DNA of 64,000 bases. It comes from an uncultured Actinomycetota bacterium. GTDB lineage: Bacteria; Actinomycetota; Actinomycetes; CAVWCF01. Shown one piece after another: positions 29,684 to 38,396 of this stretch; within the stretch, counting starts at the first letter, position 1; every line of letters begins with the position of its first letter. The stretch is taken from the NCBI GenBank assembly GCA_963753435.1, contig CAVWCF010000002.1, forward strand, positions 1-64,000, given 5' to 3'. The notes beneath the pieces are model-generated. The model was not told where the DNA came from and made no database searches. It was given only the letters and a program-made list of their open reading frames with translations. Position numbers and translations under genes: made by a program.

Positions 29684-30721
29684 ATGACCGGCCCAACACC
29701 GACCCAGAGCGCCAGCGCGGCGCAGGCGCCCGCACAGCCGATGCGTGCCGTGCTTCAGCACCGGTACGGCTCTGCAGACACTCTCGAAGTGGGCGAGGTC
29801 GAGCGCCCGACGCCCGGCCGCGACGAGGTGCTCATCGAGGTGCACGCCGCCGGGGTGGACCGGGGGGTCTGGCACCTGATGACCGGGCAGCCCTACCTGA
29901 TGCGCGTGATGGGGTTCGGATTGCGCCGGCCGAAGAACCCGGTCCCGGGCCTTGATGTCGCCGGTCGCGTCGTCGCTGTGGGCCGAGACGTGACCACATT
30001 TCGGCCCGGTGACGATGTGTTCGGCATCGGTCGCAGCACCTTCGCCGAGTATGCGGTGGCACCGGCGGCAAAGTTGGCCCACAAGCCCGCAACGCTGTCC
30101 TACGAGGAGGCGGCCGCCGCGGCGATCTCCGGGATCACCGCGCTGCAGGCCCTGACCGACGTGGGTCGGCTGGAGCAGGGGCAGCGGGTACTGGTGATCG
30201 GGGCCTCCGGCGGGGTCGGCAGTTACGTCGTGCAACTGGCTACGGCTCTCGGCGCCGAAGTGACCGGGGTTGCCAGCAGCAGCAAGGCGGACCTGGTTCT
30301 TTCGCTCGGCGCGGTCCGCGTACTGGATTACGCGACTGATGACTACCTGGACGGATCGCAGCGGTACGACCTCATCATCGACGCCGGTGGACTGAACCCC
30401 GTCCGACGGCTGCGGCGGGCGCTGACCGCGACCGGAACCCTGGTCATCGTCGGTGGTGAAGGTGGGGGCCGCATCACCGGGGGGCTGGGGCGCAACCTGC
30501 GCGCGATGGTCCTGTCCCTTTTCGTTCGGCAGCGCTTGACCGCCTTCATCAGCAGGGAACGCGCCAGCCACATCGAACGCCTGGGGGAGTACCTGGCCGG
30601 CGGCGAGGTCGCTGTCGCCATCGGCAGCCGCTACCGGCTGGACCAGGCCGCGGCGGCGATCCGGGATCTCGCCGCAGGGCGGACCCGAGGCAAGGCCGTC
30701 ATCACCGTCCGCGACAACTGA
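29684..30721 (+). CDS. NAD(P)-dependent MDR oxidoreductase (zinc-independent)
   Basis: PGLDVAG, GASGGVG, GKAVITV; GGAGGAG RBS. Confidence 0.9.
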   Translation: MTGPTPTQSASAAQAPAQPMRAVLQHRYGSADTLEVGEVERPTPGRDEVLIEVHAAGVDRGVWHLMTGQPYLMRVMGFGLRRPKNPVPGLDVAGRVVAVGRDVTTFRPGDDVFGIGRSTFAEYAVAPAAKLAHKPATLSYEEAAAAAISGITALQALTDVGRLEQGQRVLVIGASGGVGSYVVQLATALGAEVTGVASSSKADLVLSLGAVRVLDYATDDYLDGSQRYDLIIDAGGLNPVRRLRRALTATGTLVIVGGEGGGRITGGLGRNLRAMVLSLFVRQRLTAFISRERASHIERLGEYLAGGEVAVAIGSRYRLDQAAAAIRDLAAGRTRGKAVITVRDN

Positions 30722-30745
30722 GCCGCAGCCGAACAAGGAGCTGAA

Positions 30746-31510
30746 ATGGATAGCGCAACCCTTGCCACACCCGTCGCCGCGGACGACCGGCAGTCTTGGA
30801 CAGGCCGAACGCTGAACCGACGACTGGCAGCGCGTATCGCCGGTGCGGGCTACGTCGCTCTGTTCGTGCTGGCGATATTCGCCAACTTCTTCGTCCTCGA
30901 GGGACTGGTCGAGTCCGAGGACGCCGCCGCGACCGTGGCCAACCTCCAGGACGACCTGGTCCTATTCCGGATGGGCCTCATCGCGTTCCTTGCGGTGTTC
31001 GTCCTGGACATCGCCATCTCGTGGGCGCTGTACGTCGTCTTCCGCGACGTGCACCGGGATCTGGCGCTCCTGGCCGCCTGGAGCAGGCTGGTCTACACGG
31101 CCTTTCTTGGCGTCGCCTTGGTCTACTTCTTCCAGGCGATCCAGTGGGTGAGTGATGCCGACTATGCGGCGCTTGGCCCGGATCAAGTCCAAGCGCAGAC
31201 GATGCTCGCGCTGGACTCCTTCGAGTTCACGTGGTTGGTGGGCCTCGTCGCGTTCGGCCTGCACTTGGTTCTGCTCGGGTCCCTGGTTATCCGATCGGGG
31301 TACGTACCGCGGGTCCTGGGTGCGCTCGTGATCCTCGCCGGGATCGCCTATGCCATCGACACGGTGGCTCACGCGGTGCTGTCCGACTACGACGCCGTCG
31401 CCGGCCTGATGTTGGCCTTGGTCGCGTTGCCGTCCCTGGTCGGTGAAGGGTGGCTGGGCCTGTGGTTGCTCCTCACCCGGCGCTTCAACCAGGAGTCCAA
31501 GACGACCTGA
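30746..31510 (+). CDS. DUF4386-like membrane protein
   Basis: ARIAG..Y, multiple TMs, GE..LGLWLL; AAGGAG RBS. Confidence 0.75.
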   Translation: MDSATLATPVAADDRQSWTGRTLNRRLAARIAGAGYVALFVLAIFANFFVLEGLVESEDAAATVANLQDDLVLFRMGLIAFLAVFVLDIAISWALYVVFRDVHRDLALLAAWSRLVYTAFLGVALVYFFQAIQWVSDADYAALGPDQVQAQTMLALDSFEFTWLVGLVAFGLHLVLLGSLVIRSGYVPRVLGALVILAGIAYAIDTVAHAVLSDYDAVAGLMLALVALPSLVGEGWLGLWLLLTRRFNQESKTT

Positions 31511-31543
31511 TGCCGTGTCGGCATCGGCTGGCGGTACCGAGGA

Positions 31544-32239
31544 TCAGGAAGACGCGAACTGCGCGGCGGCGACTTCCGACTCGCCATCTTGGATCGCTGC
31601 GACTATCCGGTTGCACACCGTCGCTGGGTCCAGCCCGATTGGCAGTTGCGGTGCAGTGCCCGCGATCGCACGCTGCGCCAGTCCCGTCTCGGTATGTGGC
31701 GGCCGCGCGTCGATCACCCGGATCCCGAACCGCCGGACCTCGCGGCGAGTAGCCGCAAGGTGGGCGCTCAGTGCTGCCTTGGATGCGGAGTAGGCCGCCA
31801 TGCCCGCGACTGGATGCTCTGCCACGACGGCGCTGATCGCGCAGAAGTAGGGACTTCGCCCCTGCTCCGCAGAGCGCCGAAGGGCTGGAAGGGCGGCACG
31901 CAGCAGCCGCATCGGCGCCAGTGCGTTGATGGTGAACAGTCGAATCGCCACGTCATCCGGAGTGTCCGCGACGCTGCCGAACGCGACTGCGCCCGAGGCC
32001 ACCACGATCCCGTCCAGGTCGCCGTGGGCTTCAACGGCCGCATTGATCAGCGCGGGTGCGGCGTTCGATCGCGCCAGGTCCATTGCGACGGCGAGATCGG
32101 TGGGGCCAGCAGCAGCCGCCAGCCGCTGCTGATCCCGCCCGGTGACGGTCAGACGTGCCGAGGGTCGAAGCAACTCGGCAACGCCGTGTCCGAGCACGCC
32201 GGTGGCCCCGGTGACCAGCACTGACGGCCGATAGCTCAT
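31544..32239 (-). CDS. short-chain dehydrogenase/reductase
   Basis: TGATGVLG, YSASK, DARPPHTET. Confidence 0.88.
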   Translation of the reverse strand: MSYRPSVLVTGATGVLGHGVAELLRPSARLTVTGRDQQRLAAAAGPTDLAVAMDLARSNAAPALINAAVEAHGDLDGIVVASGAVAFGSVADTPDDVAIRLFTINALAPMRLLRAALPALRRSAEQGRSPYFCAISAVVAEHPVAGMAAYSASKAALSAHLAATRREVRRFGIRVIDARPPHTETGLAQRAIAGTAPQLPIGLDPATVCNRIVAAIQDGESEVAAAQFASS

Positions 32240-32328
32240 CCAGGCAGCGTGGCATAGGGCCGGGCCGCACGCAGAACATGCGGATTGGGTCCCGCGCGGA
32301 CCCCGGTGGCGTCCGTATCGTGCCCTCC

Positions 32329-33381
32329 GTGACCAGCCCGCCGGCCCAGGCACCCAAGCCGCCGTCTCGAACCAAGAAGGTCGTCAGTGCCATCCTGACG
32401 CTTGCGGTCCTTGCGTTCGTGTTCTTCGGTCTGTTCCCTCGGTTCGCCGACATCAGCGAAGTCTGGGAGTCCTTGGCGGGAATGCCTACGGCTTCCATAG
32501 TCGGAGTCCTAGCCGCAGTCTTGGTAAATATCGCCGTATACCCGTGGCCGTTTCAGGCGGCGCTGATCGGCCTGCGCTACTGGCCGGCCTTTGAGGTGCG
32601 GCAGACCGCGTTCGCCATCTCCAACACCGTCCCCGCGGGCGGCGCACTTGGGCTGGGCGTGCAGTACGCGATGTTGAACTCCTACGGTTTCGCCGCCGGC
32701 GCCAACGCGAGTGCCATCGCCATTACCGGCACCTGGAACGCGTACCTGACGCTGGTGTTGCCGCTGCTGGCGTTGTTCCCGTTGGCCTTGGTCGGGGATG
32801 GATTCAGCCAATGGCTTACCCCAGCGCTAATCGGCCTGGCCATTGCCGTTGGCAGCGCACTCGTATTCGCATTGATCCTGCGCAGCGAGTCGTTCGCGCG
32901 CAGATTGGGTCAGTGGCTTGACGGGGTCATCAGCCGGGTCGCGCGGTTGTTCAAGCGCGAACCCGGGGCGGGGGTGACCGAGTCCATCGTCGAGTTCCGT
33001 GCATCCATCGTGGAGACGGTGAGCCGTCGTTGGGCGTCCATCACGGGCTCCAACCTGCTCATGCAACTGACCTCCTTCGCGGTCCTGTACGCGGCGCTGA
33101 TCGGGATAGGTGGCGGCGGCGCCGACGTCGGGATGGCACAGGCGTTTGCGGCATTCGCGATTGCCCGCTTGGCGACCTTCATCCCGGTCACCCCGGGTGG
33201 GCTGGGGACAACCGACGCGGCGATGGCGGCTCTACTTGCCGGCTTCGGTATGAGCAACGCCGATGCGTTGGCCGCGGTGCTGGTCTGGCGCATCGGCACA
33301 TTGGTGCCGCAGGTGATCCTGGGCGCCGTCACGTTCCTCATCTGGCGGGCCCGGTCCGGACGCGCCGCAAGGGCCGTGTAG
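32329..33381 (+). CDS. lysylphosphatidylglycerol synthase TM-domain (YbhN/flippase-like) protein
   Basis: SNTVPAGG, PVTPGGLG, VLVWR motifs; many TMs. Confidence 0.82.
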   Translation: MTSPPAQAPKPPSRTKKVVSAILTLAVLAFVFFGLFPRFADISEVWESLAGMPTASIVGVLAAVLVNIAVYPWPFQAALIGLRYWPAFEVRQTAFAISNTVPAGGALGLGVQYAMLNSYGFAAGANASAIAITGTWNAYLTLVLPLLALFPLALVGDGFSQWLTPALIGLAIAVGSALVFALILRSESFARRLGQWLDGVISRVARLFKREPGAGVTESIVEFRASIVETVSRRWASITGSNLLMQLTSFAVLYAALIGIGGGGADVGMAQAFAAFAIARLATFIPVTPGGLGTTDAAMAALLAGFGMSNADALAAVLVWRIGTLVPQVILGAVTFLIWRARSGRAARAV

Positions 33382-33412
33382 GTCAGCGGGGGCTCGCCTG
33401 GATCGATCTCGG

Positions 33413-34231
33413 CTACGCGTGTTTGGGGCCGGGGCTCGCCGTTGCCGCGTTCGCGAGCGTCGCTCGTGCCTGCTCGACGCCGGCGCGGGCCGCGCGGAGG
33501 TCATCGGGCGACCCACCGGCTGCCGACAGCGCCGCCTCTGCGTCAAGGGCCTGCCGAAGTCCGTCAAAGGCGCCCTTCAGGTCCGCGGCGTTCGTACTGC
33601 GGGCGTCGTCAGGGGCGGTTTCGGCCAACTCGAACAGGGACCGGTCGACAGCCAGGAACCGGTCCCGACCGCCCGTCCAGGCCTGTTGAAATTGGACGGC
33701 GGACGGTGCGGAAAGCATTGCCGGCAGCAGGGATTGCAGCGCCCAGTCGGCCTCCGTGCGTGCTTCACCCATTCGTGCATCCCAGGTCTTGCGTCGACTA
33801 CTGCGACGCGCTGCCCACACGATGAGGCCGATCAGTCCGACCGCGAGCAGGACCAGCAGCACCCACGCCCAAGCCGGGAGGCCGTCCGTCTCAGCTGCAA
33901 CCGGCTCGGTGGGGTCCGAAGTGGCCGGCGTCGGTGTCGGCTCCGCGGTGACCGTCTCGGTGGCTGTCGCTGTGGCGGTGGCTGTGGCGGTGGCCGTTGC
34001 GGTAGCGGTGGCCGTTGCGGTAGGCGTTTCGGCGCTCGTCTCCGTGGCGCTCGGAGTTGGGGTGCCGGGTTCGACGCTCTGTGTGGGCGTGTCAGTTGGG
34101 CTTGGCTGTGGTGTCGCCGACAGCGATGGGAAGGAGGACGGTAACGACGTCGGCAGCGAGACGTTCCCGTCACCGCTGCAGCCGGTCAGTGCGAGTACGG
34201 CCAGAGCAAGTGCCATCAGCAAAGCCTTCAT
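33413..34231 (-). CDS. hypothetical lipoprotein with Thr/Ala linker and internal TM
   Basis: Lipobox LTGC, (TA)n tract, TM helix followed by RRSSRRK. Confidence 0.7.
   Translation of the reverse strand: MKALLMALALAVLALTGCSGDGNVSLPTSLPSSFPSLSATPQPSPTDTPTQSVEPGTPTPSATETSAETPTATATATATATATATATATATETVTAEPTPTPATSDPTEPVAAETDGLPAWAWVLLVLLAVGLIGLIVWAARRSSRRKTWDARMGEARTEADWALQSLLPAMLSAPSAVQFQQAWTGGRDRFLAVDRSLFELAETAPDDARSTNAADLKGAFDGLRQALDAEAALSAAGGSPDDLRAARAGVEQARATLANAATASPGPKHA
33955..34022. repeat. degenerate hexamer tandem repeat encoding (Thr-Ala)n
   Basis: gtggc(t/g/c)-like 6-nt units, about 11 copies. Confidence 0.7.
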
Positions 34232-34300
34232 GCCCAGCACCCTAGGCCGACTCCGATGTCGCGGGCCGGTGGCAGTCGGCGCCGACATGGCGCCCTGCGC

Positions 34301-35146
34301 CTAGCTGAGTGGGTCGCTGGGGTGACTGAACTCGAAACCGGTGCCGCGCAGTTTGGCGCTGGAAACCGGCTTGGTCGGCGTCTTCAGTTCGCCCCGGAAC
34401 TCCAACCGCGGCAGCCCCGCGGCGTCGGCCAGGGAGTCGAAAGCCTCCTTGTTCGTCGGCGGTCGCACCAGGTCCGGCACGCAGTTGTAGTCGCCGACCA
34501 GATCGTTGGCGAGCAGGTGAATCAGGCCCCGGGCCACGTCCTCAACATGCACTCGGTGCAACAAGCCGGCGCCGTCGAATGAGACCGAGCCACCCATGTA
34601 CTGGTGCGCAAGTCGGACCCGCTCGGTGAAGTTGATGTCACGCGGGTGGCCGTATACGTCCGCCAGTCGCAGCACCGCTCCGCGCGGGGCAGCCAACGCT
34701 GCGTCCTCGGCCATGCCGAAGTACACGCTGCTCGGCTCATCAATTTCGGTGCGTGGGGTCAACTCGGTCAGGAACTCGCCGGGCTCCTGAGTGCCGTCAC
34801 CGAAGACGGAGATGGATGAAGTGAAGAGGACGCGGTCGCTGGCCGCGGCTGCCGACTCACAGGACGCCACGAGCACCTCGCGGTAGCTGCGGGCGCGGTC
34901 CTCGACTGTCACCGACTGCATGACCGCGGGGCTGGCCAGCACGAGGATGGCGTCCACATCGGCGGCGGCCTGTTGCACCGCTTCGCGGTCCTGCCCGAGC
35001 AGAACCACGGCCTCATCGGCGACGGCCTCGACTTCGGGAACCCGCTCGGCCCTGGTGGTGGTGGCTCGAACCGTCCACCCGGATTCCTTCGCCAGGCGGC
35101 AGACCTCCAGGCCGACGTTGCCCGCACCGATTACCAACAGTCGCAT
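34301..35146 (-). CDS. NAD(P)-binding atypical SDR/epimerase
   Basis: GAGNVG, FTSSISVFG, RVHVEDVA; GAGGAG RBS. Confidence 0.85.
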   Translation of the reverse strand: MRLLVIGAGNVGLEVCRLAKESGWTVRATTTRAERVPEVEAVADEAVVLLGQDREAVQQAAADVDAILVLASPAVMQSVTVEDRARSYREVLVASCESAAAASDRVLFTSSISVFGDGTQEPGEFLTELTPRTEIDEPSSVYFGMAEDAALAAPRGAVLRLADVYGHPRDINFTERVRLAHQYMGGSVSFDGAGLLHRVHVEDVARGLIHLLANDLVGDYNCVPDLVRPPTNKEAFDSLADAAGLPRLEFRGELKTPTKPVSSAKLRGTGFEFSHPSDPLS

Positions 35147-35292
35147 GAGACTCCTCTCAGATGCCGAGAAGGTAGCGGGACGCCGGAATGGGTCGTATGC
35201 GGCCCCTCCGGTGCTCGCGGCTTTCCTTGGTGCGAACCCCCTGACGGTCGCGACTGGGAGCCAAACCGCCGCAAATCCACGATGATTGGTAT

Positions 35293-35853
35293 GTGGACCG
35301 GGCCCACTCCCACACCGGCCGCCTGCTGGTGGCGCTGCCGGCGCTGGACGACCCCAACTTCTTCCGGACCGTTGTCCTGATCCTCGACCACGACGGGGAG
35401 GGGGCGGTGGGCGTAGTGCTCAACCGCCCAAGTGATGTGCAGTTGGGGGAAGTGCTGCCGGAGTGGGCGTTGCAGGTTTCCGGCCCGCCGCAGTTGTTCG
35501 AAGGCGGTCCGGTCGGGACCGAACGAGCCGTCGGGCTGGCGGTACTCGCCGGCGGGGACTCCCCGGATGGCTTCCGACCGCTGAGCGGTTCCGTCGGGGT
35601 CCTCGACCTGGACACCGACTCCGAATCGGTCCTCGGGCGGCTGGCCGGGGCCCGGGTCTTTGCCGGCTACGCCGGCTGGTCGCCGGGGCAACTGGAGGCG
35701 GAGATCATCTCGGGTGCCTGGGTGGTTGTGGACGCAAGCCCGGACGACCTACTGACCGAGGAGCCAGGCGGGTTGTGGCGGCGCGTCCTGCAACGCCAAC
35801 CGGGGAGGCTGGCCTGGCTGGCCGGCTACCCGGCCGACCCGGAGATGAACTGA
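35293..35853 (+). CDS. YqgE/AlgH (DUF179) protein
   Basis: DPNFFRTVV, GVVLNRP, GGPV, GYAGWSPGQL. Confidence 0.92.
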   Translation: MDRAHSHTGRLLVALPALDDPNFFRTVVLILDHDGEGAVGVVLNRPSDVQLGEVLPEWALQVSGPPQLFEGGPVGTERAVGLAVLAGGDSPDGFRPLSGSVGVLDLDTDSESVLGRLAGARVFAGYAGWSPGQLEAEIISGAWVVVDASPDDLLTEEPGGLWRRVLQRQPGRLAWLAGYPADPEMN

Positions 35854-35901
35854 GCCAACCGCCGCAGGAACCCGGCTGCCCAACGACTTAGACTCCGTGC
35901 C

Positions 35902-36174
35902 GTGAGCGAGCAACCCGATAGCGGCGGCGACGTCGGCATCCTGGAGCGCCCGGACACGCAGACCGCCGAACCGGAGGCGGGCGACCACGAGCGGTTTGCG
36001 CACTACGTGCGCAAGGAGAAGATCGTCGAGTCCGCCGTTACCGGTGCCCCGGTGATCGCCCTGTGCGGAAAGGTGTGGATCCCCAACCGCGAGCCGGGTC
36101 GGTTCCCGGTCTGCCCGACGTGCCGGGAGATCTACGAGTCGATGCCGACTGGCGGCGACGACGCGGATGGGTGA
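35902..36174 (+). CDS. DUF3039 protein
   Basis: DHERFAHYV, ALCGKVW, CPTC. Confidence 0.9.
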   Translation: MSEQPDSGGDVGILERPDTQTAEPEAGDHERFAHYVRKEKIVESAVTGAPVIALCGKVWIPNREPGRFPVCPTCREIYESMPTGGDDADG

Positions 36175-36204
36175 TCCGGCCGGGGTCCGGCCCCGGCCCC
36201 GCAG

Positions 36205-37560
36205 GTGAGCACATCTGCAACCTCCCCGCCAGGCATCCTCTCCGGGCCTTACCGGCGGGTGACGCTGGGCGTCGTTGGCCTCATCTCGCTCATGGCGTTC
36301 GAGGGGATGGCAGTTGCCACCGCCCTGCCGGTCGCGGTCTCAGATCTGGACGGCCTGGACTACTACGCGTGGGCGTTCACGGCCTTTGCCGCAACCATGC
36401 TTTGGGCGACGATCGCCAGCGGGGAGAGCGCTGACGCGCTCGGCCCAAGAACACCGCTGCTGCTGGGCGTAGGCGCCTTCGTGCTTGGACTCCTGGTCGC
36501 CGGGTTGGCGCCTGGCATGGGGGTCTTCGTCGTCGGGCGCGCCATTCAGGGATTGGGTGCCGGCGCGGTAATCGTCGCGATCTACGTGGTCATCGGTCGG
36601 CGCTTCCCGACCGAATTGCAGCCGCGGGCATTCTCCGCGCTGGCCGCGGCCTGGGTCGTGCCCGCGTTCGTCGGTCCGGTGGTGGCCGGCTGGCTGGCCG
36701 AGGGTCCGGGCTGGCGCTGGGCCTTCCTGGCCGTCCCGGTGCTGGTCGCCCCCGGCCTGTGGTTGATCTGGCCGGCGCTGGCAGACCTCGGGCGCCCGCT
36801 GGACTCGTTCGTGGCGAGGTCGGGGCGGCGCCGACTGGCCCTGGCTATAGCGGTCGGCGCAGTGGCGATCCAGTACGCCGGTCAGCGGTTGGATCTGCTC
36901 GGTCTGGGGTTGGCCCTCGTGGGCGCGGTCTTGCTGATCCGGTTCCTGCCGCGGTTGCTGCCGGCCGGAACGCTGCGTCTGGCAGCCGGACTCCCCACGG
37001 GTATCGCCCTCCGCGGCGTCCTGGCCGGTGCCTTCTTCGGCATCGAAGCCTTCGTTCCGCTGTACCTGGTCACCGAGCGCGGTCTATCCGCCACGGCCGC
37101 GGGGCTGGTTCTCACCGGCGGGGCGATCGGCTGGGCCTCCGGGTCCTGGTGGCAGGGGCGCAGCCCGGGTCTGCAGCAGCGATCGCATTTCGTGGCGATC
37201 GGCTCGGTTGCAGTAGCGGTTTCGGGTGTGCTCATGGTCCTGGTCACCTTCCCCGCCGTCCCAGTGCCGGTCGCGCACCTGGCCTGGCTGGTTGCGGGGT
37301 TGGGGATGGGATTGGCCATGCCCAGCCTGTCCGTCGTGGTGCTGAATCTGTCCAAGCCGGACGAACAAGGCGCCAACTCCGCGTCGCTGCAGCTGACCGA
37401 CGCCCTGGGCGCCATCTTGACCATCGCCGCCGGCGGCGTCTGGTTTGCCGCCGTCTTTGCCACGATGGGCGCGACAACCTTCACCGCGATATTCGCCGCG
37501 ATGTCAGCGTTGCCGGTTCTGGCGGCGGTGACGAGTAGGCGGTTACGGGTTTCCGGGTAG
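36205..37560 (+). CDS. MFS transporter
   Basis: AFEGMAVATALP, GRAIQGLG, ~14 TMs. Confidence 0.9.
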   Translation: MSTSATSPPGILSGPYRRVTLGVVGLISLMAFEGMAVATALPVAVSDLDGLDYYAWAFTAFAATMLWATIASGESADALGPRTPLLLGVGAFVLGLLVAGLAPGMGVFVVGRAIQGLGAGAVIVAIYVVIGRRFPTELQPRAFSALAAAWVVPAFVGPVVAGWLAEGPGWRWAFLAVPVLVAPGLWLIWPALADLGRPLDSFVARSGRRRLALAIAVGAVAIQYAGQRLDLLGLGLALVGAVLLIRFLPRLLPAGTLRLAAGLPTGIALRGVLAGAFFGIEAFVPLYLVTERGLSATAAGLVLTGGAIGWASGSWWQGRSPGLQQRSHFVAIGSVAVAVSGVLMVLVTFPAVPVPVAHLAWLVAGLGMGLAMPSLSVVVLNLSKPDEQGANSASLQLTDALGAILTIAAGGVWFAAVFATMGATTFTAIFAAMSALPVLAAVTSRRLRVSG

Positions 37561-37584
37561 CAGTCGCAGCGCAACCGGACAAAG

Positions 37585-37618
37585 CAGTGCGGCCCCGGCG
37601 TTAGCCGGAGCCGCACTG
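37585..37618. terminator. hairpin between convergent genes
   Basis: CAGTGCGGCCCCGGC-gtta-GCCGGAGCCGCACTG. Confidence 0.6.
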
Positions 37619-37634
37619 ATTCTTGAGCTTGGGT

Positions 37635-38204
37635 TCAGGCGAGTTTGCGCAACTGGAAGGAAGCGAAGACGGTCACGAGGCCCCAGACGATCAGCCAGAT
37701 GCCGGTGATCCAGATGAGCACACCGAGGCTGATCCCCGGCCAGAACAGCAGGATCGCACCCGCTGCGGCTGAGACAAGACCACCAAAGATCCGCCAGCCC
37801 CGGGCTGGGGTGTCGGCGTTGGCAAGGGAGCCGAAGAAGTCGACGATTCCCTGCACCAGCCAGAACGCGCCAAGCAGGATGACCAGTACCCCAAGGGTCA
37901 GGCCCGGGTTCCGTATCGTCACCACACCGGCGACCACACCGAGGATGCCGACGATGGCCATGAGGATGCGTTGGCCGGCGTCCGCTTTCTTCGACGCGAA
38001 TGTCTGAATCACGTAGATGATGCCGAGCACCAAGAACTGCAGGCCGATGAGGAACGCCACGACCTTGGCGGTGGCATCCGGCCACACCAGGACCAAGATC
38101 CCCAGGACCGTGGCAAGTACCCCGACGCCAAGGACCAGTCCCCAGGAGCGACCGACGTTGTCGAATCCGGTGGGAATCTCGTTGCGCGTTTCGGGCATGG
38201 ACAT
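37635..38204 (-). CDS. HdeD/DUF308 membrane protein
   Basis: Duplicated G..LVWP / G..LFWP TM pattern. Confidence 0.85.
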   Translation of the reverse strand: MSMPETRNEIPTGFDNVGRSWGLVLGVGVLATVLGILVLVWPDATAKVVAFLIGLQFLVLGIIYVIQTFASKKADAGQRILMAIVGILGVVAGVVTIRNPGLTLGVLVILLGAFWLVQGIVDFFGSLANADTPARGWRIFGGLVSAAAGAILLFWPGISLGVLIWITGIWLIVWGLVTVFASFQLRKLA

Positions 38205-38396
38205 TTTTGTGCCTCCAATCCAACGACGGCACGAATTGTGCGGGTACGGAACGCCCAAGTGGCGCAGGCGCGACGGGCCGACACCTAAGCGTTACCTGGT
38301 AGCGCCGAGCTGTGGTGTTGCGCCGATCGGCAACAACCGCCGGTTCGCCCGAAACGGTCGCAGGCCACAATGGAAGCCCCGACCGCCGGAGGCAAG

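Noticed and set aside
33955-34022. Short tandem repeats as CRISPR or non-coding array
   Set aside because: Degenerate in-frame codon repeats with no spacers and no cas genes
28304-35146. Genomic island integrated at the ssrA 3' end
   Set aside because: No integrase and no duplicated tmRNA 3' fragment seen; terminator follows ssrA directly
35182-35212. GC-rich hairpin upstream of the 34301-35146 gene
   Set aside because: No recognisable RNA motif; such stems are common by chance at this GC content
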